Numbered from the stretch's first letter, positions 49,636-60,273 are shown. The stretch: 64,000 nt of DNA from an uncultured Schlesneria sp. (GCA_903899985.1 CAIULL010000126.1:170-64169); one strand, 5' to 3'. The notes: generated from the letters alone by a model not told the origin. Program-made: numbers and translations.

Positions 49636-50802
49636 ATGCAGAGAGCGTCGTTATGTTTTGCCGCGATCGTGTCGAGCATCGTGTTTGTCGTTCTCAGCCG
49701 CGACGCATTCTCGGAAGAAGCAAGCGATCGGCCAATTGCAAGCGAACGATTTCGCTTCCGACATGGCGAGAAAATTCCATTACCTGTCACAATTTTTGGT
49801 GACAAGTACCGGCTGATGTTGGATACAGGATGCACGGGATGTGTGCTTGACACTCAGTTTCGCGATCGCCTCGGAGATGTTGTCAAAGTCGAAGTCGCTG
49901 GAACCCCTTTGGGATTGAAAAACCTTGAAATGTTCGCAGCGCCTGAGATGCTCGTTGGCGAGAAAAAACGTGTGCTCGTCCGTCTGGATGGTGTTGTTGC
50001 TTGTGATCCGATTTCGCTGACAGATGACGATTCGGACACTTATCACGGTGTTTTAGGAATGCAATTTCTCAAATCCAGAGTGCTCCGAATTCACTTTGAC
50101 GATTTGTACGCCGAGTTCTTGAGTTCAGCATCTTTCGATCGCGAAGATGGTGAAAAACTTCATTACAAGCGTGGCGTTCCTTATGTATTAGCTCGCATTT
50201 CCAAGGATGGCTACCAAAGCTTTCTCATCGACACCGGTAGCGACAGCAATGTCGCGATTTCCTCCGAGGAATTTACTCGTCTTCTCCGAAAAGGCCGAAT
50301 CGTCTTAACACGTCCTCGAATCGCTGGAACTGCAGCTACGCAGGTTTTCGTACGTACGGGGATTTTAGATTCCCTGGAAGTGGGATCGTTTGAGTTTAAA
50401 AACGTGGCGGTCGAAGAAGCCGACAACAATTTGATGGGATTGCAATTCCTGGGGAAGTTCGACTTGGAAATGGATTTCCCAAACCAGACCGTTTTCTTCC
50501 GACCTGGCCGACGAATCGATCAGCCAGACAGGCGAGATCGAGCCGGGTTTCGTGTTTATCGACTTTAGGGAAAAACACTCATCGGTTACGTCGATGCCGA
50601 CAGTGCTGCCTCTGCTGTGGGCATCAAGCAGGATGACGAGATGCAAAGTGTTGATGAAGTTGCTGCTGTAAATCTCTCGCTGGCAGAGATTCATGAGAAG
50701 CTTTCTGAGCCGGGGGCAAAGCGAACACTGATTCTTCGTCGAGGCGGCGTTAGCCGAAAAGTAATGCTTCCGTTAGAGAACACTCCCGACCCGTTCCAAT
50801 AG
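49636..50802 (+). pseudogene. Secreted two-domain retropepsin-like aspartyl protease + PDZ, interrupted by an in-frame TAG at 50566-50568
   Basis: Two DTG motifs (LDTGC, IDTGS). The frame continues after TAG as GKTLIGYVDADSAASAVGIKQDDEMQSVD (PDZ-like) to TAG at 50802. Confidence 0.75.
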
Positions 50803-50865
50803 GACGTTTTCTAAAGTCGTTTTGAAACTTACCTCAATGAGTCACGTTTCAAGATTTCTTCCATA

Positions 50866-51027
50866 GTAGCCATCATCGCTCCGCGTGATGAGCCTGTGTC
50901 GGAAACGATTCAAGCGTTGCCTTAGCATCAGAACAAATTCTTCGTTTTAATTTCCTTTCAAAAACAAGCGGATTGTCGTTTGACGCGGTCTCGAACAATG
51001 CTCATCACGCGGAGCGATGATGGCCAC
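50866..51027. repeat. REP-like long inverted repeat
   Basis: GTAGCCATCATCGCTCCGCGTGATGAGC (50866-50893) and GCTCATCACGCGGAGCGATGATGGCCAC (51000-51027), 106-bp spacer. Confidence 0.85.
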
Positions 51028-51207
51028 TTTGGTCTTTGGCGATGCCTCTCTGGCGTCTTCTCCGACGCATTTCTTGACTTCTAACCGCGCGATCGAAAGA
51101 CACTGAGTGACCGAAGACGGTCATTCAGTGGCACAAGATTCATTGCTCATACCCGAAACGCCGGCAGATCAATTGCATCGCTCACTTTGGATGCATAGCC
51201 TTTTGCG

Positions 51208-53574
51208 ATGCACAACTACAATCAATTTCTTTCGTACGTCTTCTTACTCGGCTTCGTCACCGTTGTTTCGGCTGCGGAACCGTTGAAATTACCTGTTACA
51301 CGGGACGTCTGGATTTCTGCCTACCCTGGTGAACAGGAAGGAAATAACGGTGGAGCACCCCGTTTAAAGTTTAAAGGGATTCAGGAGTTTTCGCTGCTCG
51401 ACTTCGACAGCACGGCATTGCGCGGAAAGCGGGTGAGTCGTGCTCAATTGTGGCTTCATCTGGAATCGAAGGACGCACCTTTACGACGAATGACGGTTTC
51501 CACGGTCGCCACCCCCTGGGAAGAAGGAAACGGCAGCGGATACGCGAAAGGAACGGGAGCATCGTTTCGCTGGGCGAAACCGGACCAGCCCTGGAATGGT
51601 CCTGGTTCAGATGTCACTTCGGTGGTTAACAGCGAGGCGGGGACCATCTGGGGCTTTGGTGATGCATCGCCACCAGATGCGAATGGGTGGCAGGTGATTC
51701 CCGTTGATCCGAAAGTCATCGAAGCCTGTGCCGACGGACGAAGTCATGGAGTATTCGTGCAGGACGATGTCGGTTCTGAATACGAACGCGACGGCGAAAA
51801 GTTCAGATGGAAGCTGTTTCCCAATCGCATGGTTGCTTCACGCGAAATGAATAAGACGGTCGCCCCCTACTTCATGATTTGGACGGACGGAGCCTCGAGC
51901 CCATCACGCGTTCCCGCCAAACCAACGCCTCATCAAACGGAAAAATGTGTTCTCCCTTCTGTGACGACTAAACGACCGGATGCGGAAAAATCTTTGCTCA
52001 CTGATCTGATGGGCGTTCCACTCGGAAGCCATGTGTATGCCGCGAAGAACGAAGCGGTGACTTTCTTCATCGAACGGAATGAGAATGAAACGGTCGAAGT
52101 CGAAGCGGCGGGTCTGAAACCAAAATTATTTGGACTGATCAAAGCCGCTGCTGCGGGTGATCCGGGAGATGTCCTGACCGAATCTCTTCAACCGGGTCGC
52201 GTCGTTTGCGAAATCTATGTGCCTCACTCTGTCAGCAGTGGAAAGCATTCTGTAACGGTTCGCACTGGCAAAAAGTACTGGTCCATTGAGCTGAATGTCT
52301 GGGATTTTACTCTGCCCGATCAGCTCTCGTTTGTACCAGAAATGAACGCTTATGGATTGCCCGTTCCTGCGGATCAAGAAGTCGCCTGGTACCGACTGGC
52401 TCATGAACATCGCTTAAACCTCAATGTCCTTCGCTATGGTTGGAATGGACGCGTGGCGGATGGCTGTGCGCCGGTCAAGAAAGCGAGCGTCTGGGATTGG
52501 GAGGCATGGGATCGACGGTTTGCTGCTCTTCTCGATGGGACCGCGTTTCATGATTTGCCACGAGCAGGCGTTCCGGTTGATGCGTTTTATTTGCCGCTCA
52601 ACGAACATTGGCCTGCCGATGTCCACCGTCATTTCAAAGGGGGATATTGGATTGAAGATGCCTTCGACGAAAGTTATTGGAACGAGTTTTCGACAACAGC
52701 AAAAGAATTCGCCGACCATGCCGCGAAGAAGGGTTGGACAAAGACCTGGCTCCAGTTCTACCTCAATAACAAAGTCTATTTTAAAGAACAGCGAGGAACC
52801 TGGAGCTCCTGTTCTGCACCCTGGGTTTTCGACGAACCGGTTGGTACTCAAGACTTCTGGGCCTTGCGTCGGTATGGCCAGGAGTTTAATCGAGCCACCC
52901 GCTCGATCGCTTCCAATGCGGTCTTTCGTTGCGACATTTCTCGACCGGAATGGCAACGTGATCTGCTCGACGGTGTCACTGGCGTGGAAGTCATCAGCGG
53001 TGCGCTTCGTCCCTATCGAGAACGGATTGAACGCCGTCAGGCCAGGTATGGCACGATGGTCACGTTTTACGGAACCACCGCACCTCCAACCGCTTTTCCT
53101 GTGCAGCCTGTGGCCTGGTGTCTGGATGCGTGGTGCCTGGGGGCGGACGGAGTCTTACCGTGGCAGACGATCGGGACAAAAGATTCGTGGGACAAGCCGG
53201 ACGCGTTGTCGCTGTTCTACCCGGCTCGAAAACCACAAGACCCGGTGGTCTCCGCCAGCCTTCGGCTCAAATCCTACCGTGAAGGTCAACAACTGGTTGA
53301 GTACCTCACTGCCTATACGCTGGTGACCGGACAATCTCGCCAGGCGGTGGCCGAAGCGGTACGGGAATTTCTCGGTCTGGAAGTCGATTTGAAGAAAAAG
53401 AATTCCGAGGATGCCGGGACAGCCGAATACAAACCGGCCGTCGCCCAGAAACTGTTTGAGCTGCGTGAGCGACTCGGCGCATTTCTCGACTCAAAACACC
53501 CCGCCGCTCAAAAGCAAATGGTCCGTTGGAAGATTGAAACGAACGAATCGCTGCGCACTGTAGTGAAACAATGA
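51208..53574 (+). CDS. Secreted protein, N-terminal DNRLRE-like domain and C-terminal DUF4091/GH123-like region
   Basis: Signal peptide; VTRDVWIS...EFSLLDFD...TPWEEG; LNVWDFTLPD, WVFDEP, SLRLKSYREGQQLVEY. Confidence 0.6.
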   Translation: MHNYNQFLSYVFLLGFVTVVSAAEPLKLPVTRDVWISAYPGEQEGNNGGAPRLKFKGIQEFSLLDFDSTALRGKRVSRAQLWLHLESKDAPLRRMTVSTVATPWEEGNGSGYAKGTGASFRWAKPDQPWNGPGSDVTSVVNSEAGTIWGFGDASPPDANGWQVIPVDPKVIEACADGRSHGVFVQDDVGSEYERDGEKFRWKLFPNRMVASREMNKTVAPYFMIWTDGASSPSRVPAKPTPHQTEKCVLPSVTTKRPDAEKSLLTDLMGVPLGSHVYAAKNEAVTFFIERNENETVEVEAAGLKPKLFGLIKAAAAGDPGDVLTESLQPGRVVCEIYVPHSVSSGKHSVTVRTGKKYWSIELNVWDFTLPDQLSFVPEMNAYGLPVPADQEVAWYRLAHEHRLNLNVLRYGWNGRVADGCAPVKKASVWDWEAWDRRFAALLDGTAFHDLPRAGVPVDAFYLPLNEHWPADVHRHFKGGYWIEDAFDESYWNEFSTTAKEFADHAAKKGWTKTWLQFYLNNKVYFKEQRGTWSSCSAPWVFDEPVGTQDFWALRRYGQEFNRATRSIASNAVFRCDISRPEWQRDLLDGVTGVEVISGALRPYRERIERRQARYGTMVTFYGTTAPPTAFPVQPVAWCLDAWCLGADGVLPWQTIGTKDSWDKPDALSLFYPARKPQDPVVSASLRLKSYREGQQLVEYLTAYTLVTGQSRQAVAEAVREFLGLEVDLKKKNSEDAGTAEYKPAVAQKLFELRERLGAFLDSKHPAAQKQMVRWKIETNESLRTVVKQ

Positions 53575-53767
53575 ATGTGTCCTCATCGTTTAACCGCGCC
53601 TCGCAGAGAAGCGGGAGCGGACCGGCGGAATGGCCGTCAGCCGAGGTGTCATTTCTCGTTAGGGCATTGCGAAATGTCAGGCTTGCGCAACGCCTGAAGA
53701 GATCGGCTGAACGCCGATTCGCCTGCGCCGATGGCTGCGGGTTAAATGATTGAAGACTGACAAAGCA

Positions 53768-54550
53768 TTACCGCGAACAGCAGGCCAGCGGCCGATGACC
53801 CGACGGAGGCGTCGATTCACACTTCTTGGTTTGAGTCAATTGAAGTGACGCCATCTCACGGTCAAGCACTTCCTGGTAATACGCCAGGCGCTTTGCTGCC
53901 ACGTCCAATGAACCGCCGAATGATCGCTCTTCTTCCAGATAAATCAGCGGCACGGCAAACTCAACGATCTTCATCTTTTGAGCGGCAGCCTGCACCCAAA
54001 GTTGCAGAGGCATCGCGTAACCGAGTTCAGTGATTCGCAGCCGGGCGAGTGAATCGACGCGGTAAGCTTTGAAACCACAGAACGCGTCGGTCAGGTTCAG
54101 GGAAAACTGGTGATTCAACCATTCGGTGATTTGAAGGTTGATTCGACGTCGTTCGATGGGAGGCTCACTGGCACCTTCAAACACTTTCAAATACCGACTG
54201 CCCGAAACAATGTCCGCAGGGGCGTCTTCCTGGTTGAATACAGTCGCCGCCATCTCAGGAATCAACCCCGGCTGATGCTGTCCGTCGCAATCAATCGTCA
54301 CCAGCACGTCGTACTGACCCGACAGTGCATACGTAAATGCCGTCCTGAGGCCCGCTCCGTAACCTTGATTCTGCTGGTGACGTATCACATGCACATCGCG
54401 CATCGATTTCAACAGTTCTGGCGTTTTATCAGATGAACCATCGTCGACAACGAGGATTTCTTTTGAGTATTTCCGGACCTCCGTGATCACATCGACCACG
54501 TGACGTTCTTCATTGAACACAGGTAATGCCGTCAAAACTCGCAGGGACAT
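53768..54550 (-). CDS. GT2-family glycosyltransferase (DPM synthase-like)
   Basis: LPVFNEE, VVDDGSSD, NQGYGAG, TIDCDGQH, VSGSRY, DAFCGFKAY. Confidence 0.9.
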   Translation of the reverse strand: MSLRVLTALPVFNEERHVVDVITEVRKYSKEILVVDDGSSDKTPELLKSMRDVHVIRHQQNQGYGAGLRTAFTYALSGQYDVLVTIDCDGQHQPGLIPEMAATVFNQEDAPADIVSGSRYLKVFEGASEPPIERRRINLQITEWLNHQFSLNLTDAFCGFKAYRVDSLARLRITELGYAMPLQLWVQAAAQKMKIVEFAVPLIYLEEERSFGGSLDVAAKRLAYYQEVLDREMASLQLTQTKKCESTPPSGHRPLACCSR

Positions 54551-54833
54551 AAGCGACTCCCGCTATAAAAAACTGAGCCTCCGTAACAGCATCCCTGCAC
54601 GCCGGGTCGTGATTCTAGACCGTAGGCGGGAAGAGTCAAACCGATCGACAGTTCCAAAAACCGTCGAACTGCGGTAACTCACAAAATCGGTGGATTAAGA
54701 CTTGCAATTCTCAAAACCCGCAGAACCCAGAAATCTCGTTATTATCGCTACTGGATTTTGCGAGATTGATTCACATGTCATACCGTACAGTGCGCCTTAA
54801 AACGAGGCTGATGACTGCACTCCGTTTCAGTCA

Positions 54834-56975
54834 TCAGGAAACAGTTTGCGGCTGAATCAGGCCTGCGTTCGGCTTTGATCCAAACCAGCCGGTTAAGAGT
54901 GTCTCCAGTAGCAAGACTGCGATCACCGCCAAGAGAATCAGTTGCCATAACTTTTGCGATTGTTCCAGCTCGACCAGTTGCAGTTGACGCTGCCGCTGGC
55001 GTTGACGCTGCGGATCGTCCGATCTTTCGCGTCCTTTCATCTTCAATCCGAAACTTTCCAGTTGCTCAAGCGTCAGTGGATTCGTCCGACTTTCGTCGGC
55101 TGCCAGATTCACGGCAATCTGTTCTGTTCGACCCGGCACGCTTAATTGATACAGGCCCGGCGTCTCCGTCGCCTGGAACGGTGCATCTGTCGGTAACGAA
55201 GATAACTCGGTCCCATCCGGCAGTCGGGCCGTGCCCGTCGCCGACGTTTCGACTCGCGACGTGGTTGGCCAGACCAGCGCACTGCCAACCACCTGTCCTT
55301 CCGATCGCGGAGAGAGCGTCGTCGAGTGTTCCAGCAGGCGAAACATCAGCATCGGGAATTTTGAACTGCGAGCAAATTGGCTGTCCGCCGGCTGCCAGCC
55401 AGCCGCGAAGACAATCACATTTCCCCGTTGACTGGAAAATTCAACAATCGCGGGATCGCCGTCATCGAAACGGGCCAGCACACGGTCTGCATCGTCATTC
55501 GAGCCGACGCCGGTCTTTTCCGATTTCGAATCGACGACGTTCAATCCTTCCAGCTTTCGATGTTTCCAGAATCGGACACCTGTGAAGTCGCTGAATTGAG
55601 ATTCGGCAAACGGAGCAAACACCGGATCATCAAAATCGATTTCACCGAGCATCGCATACTTGGAAACAACAGCTTCGCTCACCGAGATTCCTTCACGTCC
55701 GCACAAGGCCAGACTCGCTGCAGTCGCTTCCGGAGTTGCCGACGCGATCAACACCGTTCCGCCGTTTGACAAATGATTACGAACGATCGGCTGCACGGCG
55801 GCGTCGGGCGAGGTCAAGACAATGAGTGAAGGTTGGAAATCTGCCGAGGCGATATTTGCCTGGCTGGGTTCACGCAACTCAATTTTGAACCGACGTGATG
55901 CGGCAAACAGTCGGTCCAGATAGAAGCGTGCACCATCGGTATCATTGGCGGATTCAGGTCCGCAATAGATCACCAGTCGTGTTTCCGGAACACTTTCGGC
56001 GACGTAAACCCGGTTATCAAAATCATCATCGTCCCCCGTCAGACGGAGAACTGATGAAACCAGCCCAGCGGGAAGTTTGGGCGGAAGCAGGATGCGACTT
56101 TGACCCGGTGGAACGTAAACAGAAACTTCCGGCGAATCATCCAGTCCCCATTTCAATGTGAACTTTTCTTTGACGGAGTCGGCAGCGTTTGTCACCCGGA
56201 CTCGTAAAACCTGGTCCGCCGATTCCTGGTTTCGCTCCACTACCTGCAATCCTGCGTTCGACGGTGATTTCGGATGAGCGAGGATCAATTCGACGGGCAA
56301 ATCATCTGGCCATTCATAACCTTGCAAAGCAACAGTCTCGGAACCGCTTTGCAAATCACTCGCCAGCCAGATTCGCTGAGGAGCCTGCCTGGCCCGTTCG
56401 GTCTGAACTTCCTGTAACGAGGTCGCGGTCCTGATCAAAGCTTCGCCCAGTCGAGTCGATTCCCAGGTTGGCTTCAAATCCTTCAGTCGAGCCCTGACCA
56501 GTTCTCGCCCGGCCGAAGCTTCCATCGATTTGAGTTCTTTAAAATCCGCGACGGGAACAAACGTCTGATCGAATCGATACAGCGCGACTTTTGTCTGCGG
56601 CGGCAACTTCGCCACGCGATCATCAATCTGCTGGATCAGATCGGTCCAGACACCCTCCCGTCGCATGCTGGCACTGGTATCGACCAGGATCGCCACTAAT
56701 TGTTCGTTTGACGCTTCGTCGGGTTCGGTCACTGCCGCTCGCCAGAGGGGCCTCGTGAATGCAAACGCCAGCAATCCAAGAGCGGCCGCACGAAGCAACA
56801 TCAGCAGCCAATGCTCGATCCGACTGCGGCTGGTGATCCGGGGTGGCGATGGGGTCAGAAACATCAACGTCGAAAACCGTCGTTCGCCACGCGGCATCTT
56901 CCGCCACATGTGAAACAGAACAGGTCCAGCCGCTGCCAATGCACCCAGCCAATACAGTGAATAGAGCCAAGTCAT
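54834..56975 (-). CDS. BatA-domain / von Willebrand A membrane protein
   Basis: LAAAGPVLFHM, FSTLMFL, LAFAFTRP, MIDAS LVDTSASM, LASDLQ, C-terminal TM. Confidence 0.85.
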   Translation of the reverse strand: MTWLYSLYWLGALAAAGPVLFHMWRKMPRGERRFSTLMFLTPSPPRITSRSRIEHWLLMLLRAAALGLLAFAFTRPLWRAAVTEPDEASNEQLVAILVDTSASMRREGVWTDLIQQIDDRVAKLPPQTKVALYRFDQTFVPVADFKELKSMEASAGRELVRARLKDLKPTWESTRLGEALIRTATSLQEVQTERARQAPQRIWLASDLQSGSETVALQGYEWPDDLPVELILAHPKSPSNAGLQVVERNQESADQVLRVRVTNAADSVKEKFTLKWGLDDSPEVSVYVPPGQSRILLPPKLPAGLVSSVLRLTGDDDDFDNRVYVAESVPETRLVIYCGPESANDTDGARFYLDRLFAASRRFKIELREPSQANIASADFQPSLIVLTSPDAAVQPIVRNHLSNGGTVLIASATPEATAASLALCGREGISVSEAVVSKYAMLGEIDFDDPVFAPFAESQFSDFTGVRFWKHRKLEGLNVVDSKSEKTGVGSNDDADRVLARFDDGDPAIVEFSSQRGNVIVFAAGWQPADSQFARSSKFPMLMFRLLEHSTTLSPRSEGQVVGSALVWPTTSRVETSATGTARLPDGTELSSLPTDAPFQATETPGLYQLSVPGRTEQIAVNLAADESRTNPLTLEQLESFGLKMKGRERSDDPQRQRQRQRQLQLVELEQSQKLWQLILLAVIAVLLLETLLTGWFGSKPNAGLIQPQTVS

Positions 56976-57196
56976 AAAATATCCGAAGTCCGAAGACGAA
57001 CATTTAACAGGAATGTCTTACGCTGAGCAGCATACCCGACAGGCATCCGCGATCCCAATCGTCGAGACCTGAGATTTCTTTGAACGTTACCTGACGATCG
57101 AGATTTGGTTATCGTTCATCTCTTCAAGACATGCGGACAATCTGAAACATGTACTGGCATGACCTCAAGAATATTCTTCTTTTTAAAAGCATTCTC

Positions 57197-58042
57197 ATGC
57201 CGAGATCAAATATGCGACTTGGTTATAACACCAACGGGACGACCGGACATCGCTGGGATCAGGCCATTGAGCTCATGGCCGAAATCGGCTATCGATCGGT
57301 CGCGATCACGGTTGACCATCATTGTCTCGATCCCTATTCGTCAGACCTTGCGATCGAACTGAATCGGATGCGACGTGTTTTAGAGCGGTTTGGAATGACC
57401 AGCGTCGTCGAAACCGGAGCCCGCTTTCTGCTTGATCCTCGACGAAAACATGAACCAACTCTGGTAAGTCCCTCAGCAGAAGCTCGTTCCGTTCGCATCG
57501 ACTTTCTCAAACGCTGTGTCTCGATCGCCAGGGAACTGAATTCGGATGCGGTCTCGTTCTGGAGCGGTATCGTTCGCGACAACGCCGACCCAGTGGAAGC
57601 GTACCGTCGACTGGCGGAAGGCTGCCGTGAAGTTCTCGATTTCGCCGAACCATCCGGCATCTGGCTGGCCTTTGAACCGGAACCGGGAATGCTGATCCAG
57701 ACGTTCGACGACTACCAGCACTTGCTCTCGCTGGTCGACGGCCCCGGTTTCGGACTCACCATCGATATCGGCCACGTGCACTGTCTCGAACCTCTACCGA
57801 TTTCGAACTATCTCGAAACCTGGCACGATCGAATCTTCACGATCCACATCGAAGACATGAAACGAGGTATTCATGACCACCTTCGATTCGGCGAAGGAAC
57901 AATCGACTTCGCGCCGGTGTTTCAGACGCTCAAAGCGATCAACTACACTGGAAGCCTGAATGTGGAACTCAGCCGCCACAGTCATATGGCGCCGGAAGTC
58001 ATGCAGGAATCATTTGATTTCTTAGGTCGGTATCTGGGCTGA
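57197..58042 (+). CDS. Sugar phosphate isomerase/epimerase (xylose isomerase-like TIM barrel)
   Basis: LGYNTNG, VVETGARFLLDP, FEPEPGM, DIGH, HIEDM, HDHL, VELSRH; start at 57197 or 57212. Confidence 0.88.
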   Translation: MPRSNMRLGYNTNGTTGHRWDQAIELMAEIGYRSVAITVDHHCLDPYSSDLAIELNRMRRVLERFGMTSVVETGARFLLDPRRKHEPTLVSPSAEARSVRIDFLKRCVSIARELNSDAVSFWSGIVRDNADPVEAYRRLAEGCREVLDFAEPSGIWLAFEPEPGMLIQTFDDYQHLLSLVDGPGFGLTIDIGHVHCLEPLPISNYLETWHDRIFTIHIEDMKRGIHDHLRFGEGTIDFAPVFQTLKAINYTGSLNVELSRHSHMAPEVMQESFDFLGRYLG

Positions 58043-58054
58043 TAAGAATGCAGA

Positions 58055-58094
58055 GGGGGTCGGACGTTCAATTGTTGAAATCGAACGCCCGACC
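58055..58094. repeat. Hairpin of the GGGGTCGG.CGTTC family between convergent genes
   Basis: GGGGGTCGGACGTTCAATTGTTGAAATCGAACGCCCGACC; related to the 26.7-27.3 kb repeats. Confidence 0.7.
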
Positions 58095-58114
58095 GCGAAA
58101 CATCCAGTCGCCTG

Positions 58115-59188
58115 TTAACTCCACGCGCGCTGGAAGAATTCGACAAAGTTGCGCCACATGATTCCTTCCACATCAACTGCCGAATAACCCCGCTTGGAAA
58201 GGAGTTCGCCCATTCGGCCGAGTTCAGCGATCGTGTCGAGATCCGATGGCGATTGTTCTTTTCCGAACCCGCCGTCGAGATCGGTACCAAGACCGCAGTG
58301 TTTGGCGTTTCCTGCCAACTGACAGATGTGATCAATATGGTCAATGATGTGGTCCAGCTTGATCGTTGACGGATCGGAAACACCAATCTTCCATCCCGGC
58401 CTGATCATCCAGTTGTCGAATGCGGCACCAATCACCGAACCACGCCGAATCAGTTCTTTGATCTGGTCATCGTTCAATTGACGGTCTGCCGGCACGAGTG
58501 TCCGACAATTATGGTGACTGGCGATGCACGGACCCTGATAAATCTCCATCGCGTCCCAGAATGACTGATCGGCGAGATGAGTCACATCCAGCAGCATGCC
58601 GACTTTGTCCATCTCTTTCAGCAACCGTTTGCCATCTTCGTTGAAGCCACCCTCACTTCCCGTTCCGAAACAATAAGGGCTGGGTCCATAGTGGGCGGGT
58701 CCCAGCAAGCGCAATCCGTCAGCGTACCAGTCACTGATCTGTTCGGGATAAAGGATCGGCGGGCTTCCTTCCATGCTGAGAATAAAACCGAGCGGAGGCT
58801 TTCCGAATTCTGGAGCACCGGGTGGCAGCGCATTCCATTCTGCAACATGCTTATCGAGAGCCGCCTTGTCGGGAATTTCACGCAGGACACCTTTGGCCGT
58901 CATCGCGCGATAATAGGCCAACTGACCTTGTGACATCGCATAAGCGGTTTCGCGTGATTGCGGAAACGTCAGCGGTTTATCTTTTCGATGATAGCGTGGC
59001 AGAAGTGTCACGATCATCAGTCCGACACGTCCACGCCGCAGTTCATCCCATGAGACGGTACAGGGGCCGGGGATAATTTTGTCGAAATGCTGCTCGAATT
59101 CACGAATTTTTGAGACCGGCAACATCAAGTCCCGATTCCACTCCAGCGCATTCCATGCCATGTCGAGATGGGCATCAAAGATGAACAT
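58115..59188 (-). CDS. Membrane dipeptidase (peptidase M19)
   Basis: FDAHLD, SMEG, LDVTH, SHHN, RQLNDDQI, GLGTDLDG; start at ATG 59188. Confidence 0.9.
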   Translation of the reverse strand: MFIFDAHLDMAWNALEWNRDLMLPVSKIREFEQHFDKIIPGPCTVSWDELRRGRVGLMIVTLLPRYHRKDKPLTFPQSRETAYAMSQGQLAYYRAMTAKGVLREIPDKAALDKHVAEWNALPPGAPEFGKPPLGFILSMEGSPPILYPEQISDWYADGLRLLGPAHYGPSPYCFGTGSEGGFNEDGKRLLKEMDKVGMLLDVTHLADQSFWDAMEIYQGPCIASHHNCRTLVPADRQLNDDQIKELIRRGSVIGAAFDNWMIRPGWKIGVSDPSTIKLDHIIDHIDHICQLAGNAKHCGLGTDLDGGFGKEQSPSDLDTIAELGRMGELLSKRGYSAVDVEGIMWRNFVEFFQRAWS

Positions 59189-59379
59189 TGAGCGATTCTT
59201 TCTGTAGGTTCTGAGGTTGCGAGTCACGGGAGCGAGCCATTTATGTCGTCCCCAACGTGGAAAAGGTAGAGATTAAACCGAAGTGCGACAATGAATACCT
59301 TCCTTGACGCTCTTTCCGGGTCGACCTACACTCGCTTTCTTGCGTCCAGGATGGCTTGTCTTTCGAATGAAGTCTCAGC

Positions 59380-60273
59380 ATGAAAAGTGAAGAGCGACAT
59401 CAACTTCTGACCAACGATCTCGGTGTCGAAATAGAAAGAACCGTTGGGTTTTTCGAACGTCACCTCGGTCTACTCATTGGCCTGATCACTGCAGCACTGC
59501 TTGTGATCGGAGCGATTCTCTGGTTCAATCGAACCGTCGAATCCGAGAGTTCCGGCGGATGGACTCTGCTCAATTCTGCCCAGAATCTGGAAGAAATGGG
59601 AACGGTCGTCGACAAATTCAAGGGAAAGCCACCGGCACAGTGGGCTCAATTGATCATCGCCGAAACGAATCTCAAAGACGCCATGCCGCTGATGTTCACC
59701 AATCGCGAACTCGCGCGTACGGACATCAAAGCGGCACGTCAAACATTTGAATCGTTATTGCAGGAAAAGACGGATGAAATGATCCGCGAACGGGCATTGT
59801 GGGGCCTGGCTCTGTGTCTGGAAACCACCTGTGATGGCAACACTTCAAAAGTCATTGATGCGTACAGTCAATTGACAAAGGAGTTTCCAGAAACGATTTT
59901 CAAAGTCGTGGCTGAAGACAGAATTGCCACGTTGAAGAAAGACGGGTCGAAAGAGTTCTACGCCTGGTTCAGCAAAGAAAACCCCAAGCCGCCAGAAGCT
60001 CGGCCACGTGATTTCAAGAACGATGAATCTGACCTGCCCGCCCCCTCCGAGCCAAAAGAAGACCCGGATGATTTCGTGATCGAACGGGCTCCAGGCGGTT
60101 CCAAAAAACCCGCGAGCGAGAAGCCAGTCGTCCCTGCAGAATCCACCGAAAAACCGGAAACGCCCGCTGAGACTCCAGAAAAGGCCAGCGAACCGGCGAA
60201 GCCGGAAGAAGGACAAAAGCCTTCCGAGAAGGACGCGACCGAGGGAACGGAAAAGCCATCAGAGAAAAACTAG
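59380..60273 (+). CDS. Membrane-anchored TPR-like (YfgM-like) protein with low-complexity tail
   Basis: MKSEERHQL, single TM, helical repeats (RALWGLALCLE), P/E/K-rich C-terminus. Confidence 0.7.
   Translation: MKSEERHQLLTNDLGVEIERTVGFFERHLGLLIGLITAALLVIGAILWFNRTVESESSGGWTLLNSAQNLEEMGTVVDKFKGKPPAQWAQLIIAETNLKDAMPLMFTNRELARTDIKAARQTFESLLQEKTDEMIRERALWGLALCLETTCDGNTSKVIDAYSQLTKEFPETIFKVVAEDRIATLKKDGSKEFYAWFSKENPKPPEARPRDFKNDESDLPAPSEPKEDPDDFVIERAPGGSKKPASEKPVVPAESTEKPETPAETPEKASEPAKPEEGQKPSEKDATEGTEKPSEKN

Noticed and set aside
51129-51146. TGGCAC...TTGC upstream of the DNRLRE-like gene
   Set aside because: Spacing is GG-N13-GC, incompatible with the strict N10 of sigma-54 promoters.
59940-60273. 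Quasi-repetitive P/E/K-rich coding sequence (similar tail in mdtA, 37141-37330)
   Set aside because: Low-complexity disordered protein tails, not DNA repeat arrays.
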